A DNA stretch of 38,535 nucleotides, from positions 1 through 38,535 of the forward strand of contig JAUCBJ010000201.1 in assembly GCA_032718475.1 (NCBI GenBank). The letters run 5' to 3'. Origin of the DNA: Nemertoderma westbladi. Taxonomy: Eukaryota; Animalia; Xenacoelomorpha. The position numbers and the translations under genes were made by a program. This document shows positions 23,473-37,610 of this stretch, piece after piece. The notes below the pieces were generated by a model, which was not told where the DNA came from, made no database searches, and was given only the letters and a program-made list of their open reading frames with translations. Position 1 is the first letter of the stretch. Each line of letters opens with the position of its first letter.

Positions 23473-23610
23473 CTGAGGAAGTGATCTGTTCAGCTGGTCC
23501 CAATCGAGACGACTCAGCTAACGCCCTGGTAATAACTGAAGGGTGAAGGTCATTGCGACATCGTACTGTACATCGTTTCTTGTAGACGTCAAATGTAAAA
23601 CTAACCACTC
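23473..23610 (-). CDS. ARMC1: ARMC1 internal exon (HMA-like domain, second half)
   Basis: Acceptor ttgttttcgttatttag, 138 nt, phase 1/1, donor G|gttggt. Encodes (G)VVSFTFDVYKKRCTVRCRNDLHPSVITRALAESSRLGPAEQITSS(G), versus recalled ARMC1 [34 protein letters not shown]...AQQV. Joins 7442 in frame (G+GT = Gly). Confidence 0.88.
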
Positions 23611-26600
23611 CTAAATAACGAAAACAAATATATGTAAAACTAACCACTCCTAAATAACGAAAACAAATATATATGTAAAACTAACCACTCCTAAATAACG
23701 AAAACAAATATATATGTAAAACTAACCAGAAACCACTCCTAAATAACGAAAACAAATAAATGTAAAACTAACCACTCCTAAATAACAAAACCAAATATAT
23801 GTAAAACTAACCACTCCTAAATAACGAAAACAAATATATGTAAAACTAACCACTCCTAAATAAAGAAACCAAATATATGTAAAACTAACCACTCCTAAAT
23901 AACGAAAACAAATATATATGTAAAACTAACCACTCCTAAATAACGAAAACAAATATATATGTAAAACTAACCAGAAACCACTCCTAAATAACGAAAACAA
24001 ATAAATGTAAAACTAACCACTCCTAAATAACGAAAACAAATAAATGTAAAACTAACCACTTCTAAATAACGAAAACAAATATATGTTAAAACTAACCACT
24101 CCTAAATAACGAAAACAAATAAATGTAAAACTAACCACTCCTAAATAACGAAAACAAATAAATGTAAAACTAACCACTTCTTCATAACGAAAACAAATAT
24201 ATGTTAAAACTAACCACTCCTAAATAACGAAAACAAATAAATGTAAAACTAACCACTCCTAAATAACGAAAACAAATAAATGTAAAACTAACCACTCCTA
24301 AATAACGAAACCAAATATATGTAAAACTAACCACTCATAAATAACGAAAACAAATAAATGTAAAACTAACCACTCCTAAATAACGAAAACAAATAAATGT
24401 AAAACTAACCACTCCTAAATAACGAAAACAAATAAATGTAAAACTAACCACTCCTAAATAACGAAAACAAATATATGTTAAAACTAACCACTCCTAAATA
24501 ACGAAAACAAATAAATGTAAAACTAACCACTCCTAAATAACGAAAACAAATATATGTTAAAACTAACCACTCCTAAATAACGAAAACAAATATATGTTAA
24601 AACTAACCACTCCTAAATAACGAAAACAAATATATGTAAAACTAACCACTCCTAAATAACGAAACCAAATATATGTAAAACTAACCACTCCTAAATAACG
24701 AAAACAAATATATGTAAAACTAACCACTCCTAAATAACGAAAACAAATATATGTAAAACTAACCAGTAACCACTCCTAAATAACGAAACCAAATATATGT
24801 AAAACTAACCACTCCTAAATAACGAAAACAAATAAATGTAAAACTAACCACTCCTAAATAACGAAAACAAATATATGTTAAAACTAACCACTCCTAAATA
24901 ACGAAAACAAATATATGTTAAAACTAACCACTCCTAAATAACGAAAACAAATATATGTAAAACTAACCACTCCTAAATAACGAAACCAAATATATGTAAA
25001 ACTAACCACTCCTAAATAACGAATACAAATATATATAAAACTAACCACTCCTAAATAACGAAAACAAATATATGTAAAACTAACCACTCCTAAATAACGA
25101 AAACAAATATATGTAAAACTAACCACTCCTAAATAACGAAAACAAATATATGTAAAACTAACCACTCCTAAATAACGAAAACAAATAAATGTAAAACTAA
25201 CCACTCCTAAATAACGAAAACAAATATATGTTAAAACTAACCACTCCTAAATAACGAAAACAAATATATGTAAAACTAACCACTCCTAAATAACGAAAAC
25301 AAATATATGTAAAACTAACCACTCCTAAATAACGAAAACAAATATATGTAAAACTAACCACTCCTAAATAACGAAAACAAATATATGTAAAACTAACCAC
25401 TCCTAAATAACGAAAACAAATATATGTAAAACTAACCACTCCTAAATATCGAAAACAAATATATGTAAAACTAACCACTCCTAAATAACGAAAACAAATA
25501 AATGTAAAACTAACCACTCCTAAATAACGAAAACAAATATATGTTAAACCTAACCACTCCTAAATAACGACAACAAATATATGTAAAACTAACCACTCCT
25601 AAATAACGAAAACAAATATATGTAAAACTAACCACTCCTAAATAACGAAAACAAATATATATGTAAAACTAACCACTCCTAAATAACGAAAACAAATATA
25701 TATGAAAAATTAACCACTCCTAAATAACGAAAACAATATATGTTAAAACTAACCACTCCTAAATAACGAAACCAAATATATGTAAAACTAACCACTCCTA
25801 AATATCGAAAACAAATATATGTTAAAACTAACCACTCCTAAATAACGAAAACAAATATATGTTAAAACTAACCACTCCTAAATAACGAAAACAAATATAT
25901 GTAAAACTAACAACTCCTAAATAACGAAACCAAATATATGTAAAACTAACCACTCCTAAATAACGAAAACAAATATATATGTAAAACTAACCAGTAACCA
26001 CTCCTAAATATCGAAAACAAATATATGTTAAAACTAACCACTCCTAAATAACGAAAACAAATATATGTTAAAACTAACCACTCCTAAATAACGAAAACAA
26101 ATAAATGTAAAACTAACCACTCCTAAATAACGAAAACAAATATATGTAAAACTAAACACTCCTAAATAACGAAAACAAATATATGTAAAACTAACCACTC
26201 CTAAATAACGAAAACAAATATATGTAAAACTAAACACTCCTAAATAACGAAAACAAATATATGTTAAAACTAACCACTCCTAAATAACGAAAACAAATAT
26301 ATGTAAAACTAACCACTCCTAAATAACGAAACCAAATATATGTAAAACGAACCACTCCTAAATAACGAAAACAAATAAATGTAAAACTAACCACTCCTAA
26401 ATAACGAAAACAAATATATGTTAAAACTAACCACTCCTAAATAACGAAAACAAATATATGTAAAACTAACCACTCCTAAATAACGAAAACAAATAAATGT
26501 AAAACAAACACTCCTAAATAACGAAAACAAATATATGTAAAACTAACCACACCTAAATAACGAAAAAAAATATATGTAAAACAAACCACTCCTAAATAAC

Positions 26601-29600
26601 GAAAACAAATATATGTAAAACTAACCACTCCTAAATAACGAAAACAAATATATGTAAAACTAACCACTCCTAAATAACGAAAACAAATATATGTAAAACT
26701 AACCACTCCTAAATAACGAAAACAAATATATGTAAAACTAACCACTCCTAAATAACGAAAACAAATATATGTAAAACTGACCACTCCTAAATAACGAAAA
26801 CAAATATATGTTAAAACTAACCACTCCTAAATAACGAAAACAAATATATGTAAAACTAACCACTCCTAAATAACGAAAACAAATATATGTAAAACTAACC
26901 ACTCCTAAATAACGAAAACAAATATATGTAAAACTAACCACTGCTAAATAACGAAAACAAATATATGTAAAAATAACCACTCCTAAATAACGAAACCAAA
27001 TATATGTAAAACTAACCACTCCTAAATAACGAAAACAAATATATATGTAAAACTAACCAGTAACCACCACTCCTAAATAACGAAAACAAATATACATGTA
27101 AAACTAACCAGTAACCACTCCTAAATAACGAAAACAAATATATATGTAAAACTAACCAGTAACCACTCCTAAATAACGAAAACAAATATATATGTAAAAC
27201 GAACCACTCCTAAATAACGAAAAAAATATATGTAAAACTAACCACTCCTAAATAACGAAACCAAATATATGTAAAACTAACCACTCCTAAATAACGAAAA
27301 CAAATATATATGTAAAACTAACCAGTAACCACTCCTAAATAACGAAAACAAATATACATGTAAAACTAACCAGTAACCACTCCTAAATAACGAAAACAAA
27401 TATATATGTAAAACTAACCAGTAACCACTCCTAAATAACGAAAACAAATATATATGTAAAACTAACCACTCCTAAATAACAAAAAAAAATGTGTAAAACT
27501 AACCACTCCTAAATAACGAAAAAAATATATGTAAAACTAACCACTCCTAAATAACGAAACCAAATATATGTAAAACTAACCACTCCTAAATAACGAAAAC
27601 AAATATATATGTAAAACTAACCAGTAACCACTCCTAAATAACGAAAACAAATATACATGTAAAACTAACCAGTAACCACTCCTAAATAACGAAAACAAAT
27701 ATATATGTAAAACTAACCAGTAACCACTCCTAAATAACGAAAACAAATATATATGTAAAACTAACCACTCCTAAATAACAAAAAAAAATGTGTAAAACTA
27801 ACCACTCCTAAATAACGAAAACAAATATATGTAAAACTAACCACTTCCAAATAACGAAAAAATATGTGTAAAACTAACCACTCCTAAATAACGAAAACAA
27901 ATATATATGTAAAACTAACCAGTAACCACTCCTAAATAACGAAAACAAATATATATGTAAAACTAACCAGTAACCACTCCTAAATAACGAAAACAAATAT
28001 ATATGTAAAACTAACCACTCCTAAATAACGAAAAAAATATATGTAAAACTAACCACTCCTAAATAACGAAAACAAATATATATGTAAAACTAACCACTCC
28101 TAAATAACGAAAAAAATATATGTAAAACTAACCACTCGTAAATAACGAAAACAAATATATATGTAAAACTAACCAGTAACCACTCCTAAATAACGAAAAC
28201 AAATATATATGTAAAATTAACCACTCCTAAATAACAAAAAAAAATGTGTAAAACTAACCACTCCTAAATAACGAAAACAAATATATGTAAAACTAACCAC
28301 TTCCAAATAACGAAAAAATATGTGTAAAACTAACCACTCCTAAATAACGAAAACAAATATATATGTAAAACTAACCAGTAACCACTCCTAAATAACGAAA
28401 ACAAATATATATGTAAAACTAACCAGTAACCACTCCTAAATAACGAAAACAAATATATATGTAAAACTAACCACTCCTAAATAACGAAAAAAATATATGT
28501 AAAACTAACCACTCCTAAATAACGAAAACAAATATATATGTAAAACTAACCACTCCTAAATAACGAAAAAAATATATGTAAAACTAACCACTCCTAAATA
28601 ACGAAAACAAATATATATGTAAAACTAACCACTCCTAAATAACAAAAAAAAATGTGTAAAACTAACCACTCCTAAATAACGAAAATAAATATATGTAAAA
28701 CTAACCACTTCCAAATAACGAAAAAATATGTGTAAAACTAACCACTCCTAAATAACGAAAACAAATATATGTAAAACTAACCACTCCTAAATAACGAAAA
28801 CAAATATATATGTAAAACTAACCAGTAGCCACTTCTAAATAACGAAAACAAATATATATGTAAAACTAACAACTCCTAAATAACGAAAACAAATATATAT
28901 GTAAAACTAACCAGTAACCACTCCTAAATAACGAAAAAAAATATATGTAAAACTAACCAGTAACCACTCCTAAATAACGAAAACAAATATATATGTAAAA
29001 CTAACCACTCATAAATAACGAAAACAAATATATGTAAAACTAACCACTCCTAAATAACAAAAACAAATATATGTTAAAACTAACCACTCCTAAATAACGA
29101 AAACAAATATATGTAAAATTAACCACTTCTAAATAACGAAAAAAATATGTGTAAAACTAACCACTCCTAAATAACGAAAACAAATATATATGTAAAACTA
29201 ACCACTCTTAAATAACGAAAACAAATATATGTAAAACTAACCACTCCTAAATAACGAAAACAAATATATGTTAAAACTAACCACTCATAAATAACGAAAA
29301 TGTAAAACTAACCACTTCTAAATAACGAAAAAAATATGTGTAAAACTAACCACTCCTAAATAACGAAAACAAATATATATGTAAAACTAACCACTCCTAA
29401 ATAACGAAAACAAATATATGTTAAAACTAACCACTCCTAAATAACGAAAACAAATATATGTAAAACTAACCACTCCTAAATAACGAAAACAAATATATAT
29501 GTAAAACTAACCACTCCTAAACAACGAAAACAAATATATGTAAAACTAACCACTCCTAAATAACGAAACCAAATATATGTAAAACTAACCACTCCTAAAT

Positions 29601-32600
29601 ATCGAAAACAAATATATGTTAAAACTAACCACTCCTAAATAACGAAAACAAATATATGTAAAACTAACCACTCCTAAATAACGAAACCAAATATATGTAA
29701 AACTAACCACTCCTAAATATCGAAAACAAATATATGTTAAAACTAACCACTCATAAATAACGAAAACAAATATATGTTAAAACTAACCACTCCTAAATAA
29801 CGAAAACAAATATATGTAAAACTAACCACTCCTAAATAACGAAACCAAATATATGTAAAACTAACCACTCCTAAATAACGAAAACAAATAAATGTAAAAC
29901 TAACCACTCCTAAATAACGAAAACAAATATATGTAAAACTAAACACTCCTAAATAACGAAAACAAATATATGTATAACTAACCACTCCTAAATAACGAAA
30001 ACAAATATATGTAAAACTAAACACTCCTAAATAACGAAAACAAATATATGTTAAAACTAACCACTCCTAAATAACGAAAACAAATATATGTAAAACTAAC
30101 CACTCCTAAATAACGAAACCAAATATATGTAAAACTAACCACTCCTAAATAACGAAAACAAATAAATGTAAAACTAACCACTCCTAAATAACGAAAACAA
30201 ATATATGTTAAAACTAACCACTCCTAAATAACGAAAACAAATATATGTAAAACTAACCACTCCTAAATAACAAAAACAAATAAATGTAAAACAAACCACT
30301 CCTAAATAACGAAAACAAATATATGTAAAACTAACCACACCTAAATAACGAAAAAAATATATGTAAAACAAACCACTGCTAAATAACGAAAACAAATATA
30401 TGTAAAACTAACCACTCCTAAATAACGAAAACAAATATATGTAAAACTAACCACTCCTAAATAACGAAAACAAATATATGTAAAACTAACCACTCCTAAA
30501 TAACGAAAACAAATATATGTTAAAACTAACCACTCCTAAATAACGAAAACAAATATATGTAAAACTAACCACACCTAAATAACGAAAAAAAATATATGTA
30601 AAACTAACCACTCCTAAATAACGAAAACAAATATATGTAAAACTAACCACTCCTAAATAACGAAAACAAATATATGTAAAACTAACCACTCCTAAATAAC
30701 GAAAACAAATATATGTAAAACTAACCACTCCTAAATAACGAAAGCAAATATATGTAAAAATAACTACTCCTAAATAACGAAACCAAATATATGTAAAACT
30801 AACCACTCCTAAATAACGAAAACAAATATATATGTAAAACTAACCAGTAGTCACTCCTAAATAACGAAAACAAATATATATGTAAAACTAACCAGTAACC
30901 ACTCCTAAATAACGAAAACAAATATATATGTAAAACTAACCAGTAACCACTCCTAAATAACGAAAACAAATATATATGTAAAACTAACCAGTAACCACTC
31001 CTAAATAACGAAAACAAATATATATGTAAAACTAACCACTCCTAAATAACCAAAAAATATATGTAAAACTAACCACTCCTAAATAACGAAAACAAATATA
31101 TATGTAAAACTAACCAGTAACCACTCCTAAATAACGAAAACAAATATATATGTAAAACTAACCACTCCTAAATAACAAAAAAAATGTGTAAAACTAACCA
31201 CTCCTAAATAACGAAAACAAATATATGTAAAACTAACCACTTCCAAATAACGAAAAAATATGTGTAAAACTAACCACTCCTAAATAACGAAAACAAATAT
31301 ATATGTAAAACTAACCAGTAACCACTCCTAAATAACGAAAACAAATATATATGTAAAACTAACCAGTAACCACTCCTAAATAACGAAAACAAATATATAT
31401 GTAAAACTAACCACTCCTAAATAACGAAAAAAATATATGTAAAACTAACCACTCCTAAATAACGAAAACAAATATATATGTAAAACTAACCAGTAACCAC
31501 TCCTAAATAACGAAAACAAATATATATGTAAAACTAACCACTCCTAAATAACAAAAAAAATGTGTAAAACTAACCACTCCTAAATAAAGAAAACAAATAT
31601 ATGTAAAACTAACCACTCCTAAATAACGAAAACAAATATATGTAAAACTAACCACTTCCAAATAACGAAAAAATATGTGTAAAACTAACCACTCCTAAAT
31701 AACGAAAACAAATATATGTAAAACTAACCACTCCTAAATAACGAAAACAAATATATATGTAAAACTAACCAGTAGCCGCTTCTAAATAACGAAAACAAAT
31801 ATATATGTAAAATTAACAACTCCTAAATAACGAAAACAAATATATATGTAAAACTAACCAGTAACCACTCCTAAATAACGAAAAAAAATATATGTAAAAC
31901 TAACCAGTAACCACTCCTAAATAACGAAAACAAATATATATGTAAAACTAACCACTCCTAAATAACGAAAACAAATATATATGTAAAACTAACCACTCCT
32001 AAATAACGAAAACAAATATATATGTAAAACTAACCACTCCTAAATAACGAAAACAAATATATATGTAAAACTAACCACTCCTAAATAACGAAAACAAATA
32101 TATATGTAAAACTAACCACTCATAAATAACGAAAACAAATATGTAAAACTAACCACTCCTAAATAACAAAAACAAATATATGTTAAAACTAACCACTCCT
32201 AAATAACGAAAACAAATATATGTAAAATTAACCACTTCTAAATAACGAAAAAAATATGTGTAAAACTAACCACTCCTAAATAACGAAAACAAATATATAT
32301 GTAAAACTAACCACTCATAAATAACGAAAACAAATATATGTAAAACTAACCACTCCTAAATAACGAAAACAAATATATGTTAAAACTAACCACTCCTAAA
32401 TAACGAAAACAAATATATGTAAAACTAACCACTTCTAAATAACGAAAAAAATATGTGTAAAACTAAACACTCCTAAATAACGAAAACAAATATATATATG
32501 TAAAACTAACCACTCCTAAATAACGAAAACAAATATATGTTAAAATTAACCACTCCTAAATAACGAAAACAAATATATGTAAAACTAACCACTTCTAAAT

Positions 32601-35600
32601 AACGAAAAAAATATGTGTAAAACTAACCACTCCTAAATAACGAAAACAAATATATATGTAAAACTAACCACTCCTAAATAACGAAAACAAATATATGTTA
32701 AAACTAACCACTCCTAAATAACGAAAACAAATATATGTAAAACTAACCACTTCTAAATAACGAAAAAAATATATGTAAAACTAACCAGTAACCACTCCTA
32801 AATAACGAAAACAAATATATATGTAAAACTAACCACTCCTAAATAACGAAAACAAATATATGTTAAAACTAACCACTCCTAAATAACGAAAACAAATATA
32901 TGTAAAACTAACCACTTCTAAATAACGAAAAAAATATGTGTAAAACTAACCACTCCTAAATAACGAAAACAAATATATGTTAAAACTAACCACTCCTAAA
33001 TAACGAAAACAAATATGTTAAAACTAACCACTCCTAAATAACGAAAACAAATATATGTAAAACTAACCACTCCTAAATAACGAAAACAAATATATATGTA
33101 AAACTAACCAGTAGCCACTCCTAAATAACGAAAACAAATATATATGTAAAACTAACCACTCCTAAATAACGAAAACAAATATATATATAAAACTAACCAG
33201 TAACCACTCCTAAATAACGAAAACAAATATACATCTAAAAATAACCAGTAACCACTCCTAAATAACGAAAACAAATATATATGTAAAACTAACCACTCCT
33301 AAATAACGAAAACAAATATATATGTAAAACTAACCACTCCTAAATAACGAAAACAAATATATGTTAAACTAACCACTCCTAAATAAAGAAAACAAATATA
33401 TGTAAAACTAACCACTCCTAAATAACGAAAACAAACATATATGTAAAATTAACCACTCCTAAATAACGAAAAAAATTTGTGTAAAACTAACCACTCCTAA
33501 ATAAAGAAAAATAATATATATGTAAAACTAACCAGTGACCACTCCTAAATAACGAAAACAAATATATATGTAAAACTAACCAGTAGCCACTCCTAAATAA
33601 CGAAAACAAATATATGTAAAACTAACCACTCCTAAATAACGTAAACAAATATATATGTAAAACTAACCACTCCTAAATAACGAAAACAAACATATATGTA
33701 AAACTAACCAGTAGCCACTCCTAAATAACGAAAACAAATATATATGTAAAACTAACCACTCCTAAATAACGAAAACAAATATATATATAAAACTAACCAG
33801 TAACCACTCCTAAATAACGAAAACAAATATACATCTAAAAATAACCAGTAACCACTCCTAAATAACGAAAACAAATATATATGTAAAACTAACCACTCCT
33901 AAATAACGAAAACAAATATATATGTAAAACTAACCACTCCTAAATAACGAAAACAAATATATGTTAAACTAACCACTCCTAAATAAAGAAAACAAATATA
34001 TGTAAAACTAACCACTCCTAAATAACGAAAACAAACATATATGTAAAATTAACCACTCCTAAATAACGAAAAAAATTTGTGTAAAACTAACCACTCCTAA
34101 ATAAAGAAAAATAATATATATGTAAAACTAACCAGTGACCACTCCTAAATAACGAAAACAAATATATATGTAAAACTAACCAGTAGCCACTCCTAAATAA
34201 CGAAAAGAAATATATGTAAAACTAAACACTCCTAAATAACGTAAACAAATATATATGTAAAACTAACCAGAAGCCACTCCTAAATAACGAAAACAAATAT
34301 ATATGTAAAACTAACCACTCCTAAATAAAGAAAACAAATATATGTTAAAACTAACCAGTAGCCACTCCTAAATAATGAAAACAAATATATATGTAAAACT
34401 AACCACTCCTAAATAACGAAAACAAATATATGTTAAACTAACCACTCCTAAATAAAGAAAACAAATATATGTAAAACTAACCACTCCTAAATAACGAAAA
34501 CAAACATATATGTAAAATTAACCACTCCTAAATAACGAAAAAAATTTGTGTAAAACTAACCACTCCTAAATAAAGAAAAATAATATATATGTAAAACTAA
34601 CCAGTGACCACTCATAAATAACGAAAACAAATATATATGTAAAACTAACCAGTAGCCACTCCTAAATAACGAAAACAAATATATGTAAAACTAACCACTC
34701 CTAAATAACGTAAACAAATATATATGTAAAACTAACCACTCCTAAATAACGAAAACAAATATATATGTAAAACTAACCAGTAGCCACTCCTAAATAACGA
34801 AAACAAATATATATGTAAAACTAACCACTCCTAAATAACGAAAACAAATATATATATAAAACTAACCAGTAACCACTCCTAAATAACGAAAACAAATATA
34901 TATGTAAAACTAACCACTCCTAAATAACGAAAACAAATATATATGTAAAACTAACCACTCCTAAATAACGAAAACAAATATATGTTAAACTAACCACTCC
35001 TAAATAAAGAAAACAAATATATGTAAAACTAACCACTCCTAAATAACGAAAACAAACATATATGTAAAATTAACCACTCCTAAATAACGAAAAAAATTTG
35101 TGTAAAACTAACCACTCCTAAATAAAGAAAAATAATATATATGTAAAACTAACCAGTGACCACTCATAAATAACGAAAACAAATATATATGTAAAACTAA
35201 CCAGTAGCCACTCCTAAATAACGAAAACAAATATATGTAAAACTAACCACTCCTAAATAACGTAAACAAATATATATGTAAAACTAACCACTCCTAAATA
35301 ACGAAAACAAATATATATGTAAAACTAACCAGTAGCCACTCCTAAATAACGAAAACAAATATATATGTAAAACTAACCACTCCTAAATAACGAAAACAAA
35401 TATATATATAAAACTAACCAGTAACCACTCCTAAATAACGAAAACAAATATATATGTAAAACTAACCACTCCTAAATAACGAAAACAAATATATATGTAA
35501 AACTAACCACTCCTAAATAACGAAAACAAATATATGTTAAACTAACCACTCCTAAATAAAGAAAACAAATATATGTAAAACTAACCACTCCTAAATAACG

Positions 35601-37300
35601 AAAACAAACATATATGTAAAATTAACCACTCCTAAATAACGAAAAAAATTTGTGCAAAACTAACCACTCCTAAATAAAGAAAAATAATATATATGTAAAA
35701 CTAACCAGTGACCACTCCTAAATAACGAAAACAAATATATATGTAAAACTAACCAGTAGCCACTCCTAAATAACGAAAATAAATATATGTAAAACTAAAC
35801 ACTCCTAAATAACGTAAACAAATATATATGTAAAACTAACCAGAAGCCACTCCTAAATAACGAAAACAAATATATATGTAAAACTAACCACTCCTAAATA
35901 AAGAAAACAAATATAGGTTAAAACTAACCAGTAGCCACTCCTAAATAATGAAAACAAATATATATGTAAAACTAACCACTCCTAAATAACGAAAACAAAT
36001 ATATGTTAAACTAACCACTCCTAAATAAAGAAAACAAATATATGTAAAACTAACCACTCCTAAATAACGAAAACAAACATATATGTAAAATTAACCACTC
36101 CTAAATAACGAAAAAAATTTGTGTAAAACTAACCACTCCTAAATAAAGAAAAATAATATATATGTAAAACTAACCAGTGACCACTCCTAAATAACGAAAA
36201 CAAATATATATGTAAAACTAACCAGTAGCCACTCCTAAATAACGAAAACAAATATATGTAAAACTAACCACTCCTAAATAACGTAAACAAATATATATGT
36301 AAAACTAACCACTCCTAAATAACGAAAACAAATATATATGTAAAACTAACCAGTAGCCACTCCTAAATAACGAAAACAAATATATATGTAAAACTAACCA
36401 CTCCTAAATAACGAAAACAAATATATATATAAAACTAACCAGTAACCACTCCTAAATAACGAAAACAAATATACATCTAAAAATAACCAGTAACCACTCC
36501 TAAATAACGAAAACAAATATATATGTAAAACTAACCACTCCTAAATAACGAAAACAAATATATATGTAAAACTAACCACTCCTAAATAACGAAAACAAAT
36601 ATATGTTAAACTAACCACTCCTAAATAAAGAAAACAAATATATGTAAAACTAACCACTCCTAAATAACGAAAACAAACATATATGTAAAATTAACCACTC
36701 CTAAATAACGAAAAAAATTTGTGTAAAACTAGCCACTCCTAAATAAAGAAAAATAATATATATGTAAAACTAACCAGTGACCACTCCTAAATAACGAAAA
36801 CAAATATATATGTAAAACTAACCAGTAGCCACTCCTAAATAACGAAAATAAATATATGTAAAACTAAACACTCCTATATAACGTAAACAAATATATATGT
36901 AAAACTAACCAGAAGCCACTCCTAAATAACGAAAACAAATATATATGTAAAACTAACCACTCCTAAATAAAGAAAACAAATATATGTTAAAACTAACCAG
37001 TAGCCACTCCTAAATAATGAAAACAAATATATATGTAAAACTAACCACTCCTAAATAACGAAAACAAAAATATATAATAATAATAATAATAATAATATTG
37101 GTTATTTATATAGCGCTTTTCTACGCTCAGCATACTCAAAGCGCTTAAAACGCCTATATGTAAAACTAACCACTCCTAAATAACGAAAACAAATATATAT
37201 GAAAAATTAACCACTCCTAAATAACGAAAACAAATATATATGTAAAATTAACCACTCCTAAATAACGAAAACAAATATATATGTAAAACTAACCACTCCT
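23593..37300. repeat. ~13.7-kb tandem satellite, 39-bp monomer gtaaaactaaccactcctaaataacgaaaacaaatatat with 40/41/48-bp variants, roughly 330 copies
   Basis: Directly visible. Variants: +t, +at, +accagta and a few point substitutions. Copy number is estimated from length. Confidence 0.98.
37075..37154 (-). mobile_element. 3'-tail-only insertion of an L2-type LINE/SINE
   Basis: Minus strand reads aagcgctttgagtatgctgagcgtagaaaagcgctatataaataaccaa(tat)n, a stem-loop plus microsatellite tail. Confidence 0.75.
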
Positions 37301-37529
37301 GCTATAACTTAATTAAATTTTGTATTATTGATCATCAAAATGAGCTATTAACAAATCAATAACACTTCTGGGGCAGAAAGGTGGTATTAAACGCGTTAAC
37401 ATCATTTTCTCAAAACTCACTTTTAGCAGATAAGGGTGTTTTACCTTTTCGTCGGTAGTATGGATGGATGCAAGGAAGATATGCGCATTTTGGCTAATCC
37501 CTTTAAAGTATTTGTACCCTAAAGAAAAA

Positions 37530-37610
37530 CCCCAGGCCAACTTGAACCCACGACCCCGCAGCCAGTAATGTGAATTCAAGGCAACATATTAAACCAACAC
37601 CACAAGTGGG
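37530..37610 (-). mobile_element. Degenerate tRNA-like SINE head
   Basis: Minus strand ggggtcgtgggttcaagttggcc resembles a T-arm/B-box. Confidence 0.3.

Noticed and set aside
24884-31017. ORFs with GVVSFTYICFRYL repeats as a repeat-protein gene
   Set aside because: They arise because 39 is divisible by 3; they are broken often by 40/41-bp monomers and start at non-ATG codons.
23593-37300. CRISPR array
   Set aside because: No unique spacers, head-to-tail monomers, no cas genes and a eukaryotic context.
37325-37579. Next upstream ARMC1 exon (…YLLK|gtgagt)
   Set aside because: The donor would be phase 0 but phase 1 is needed, similarity is weak and the ORF overlaps a SINE-like head. Upstream exons probably lie beyond the window.
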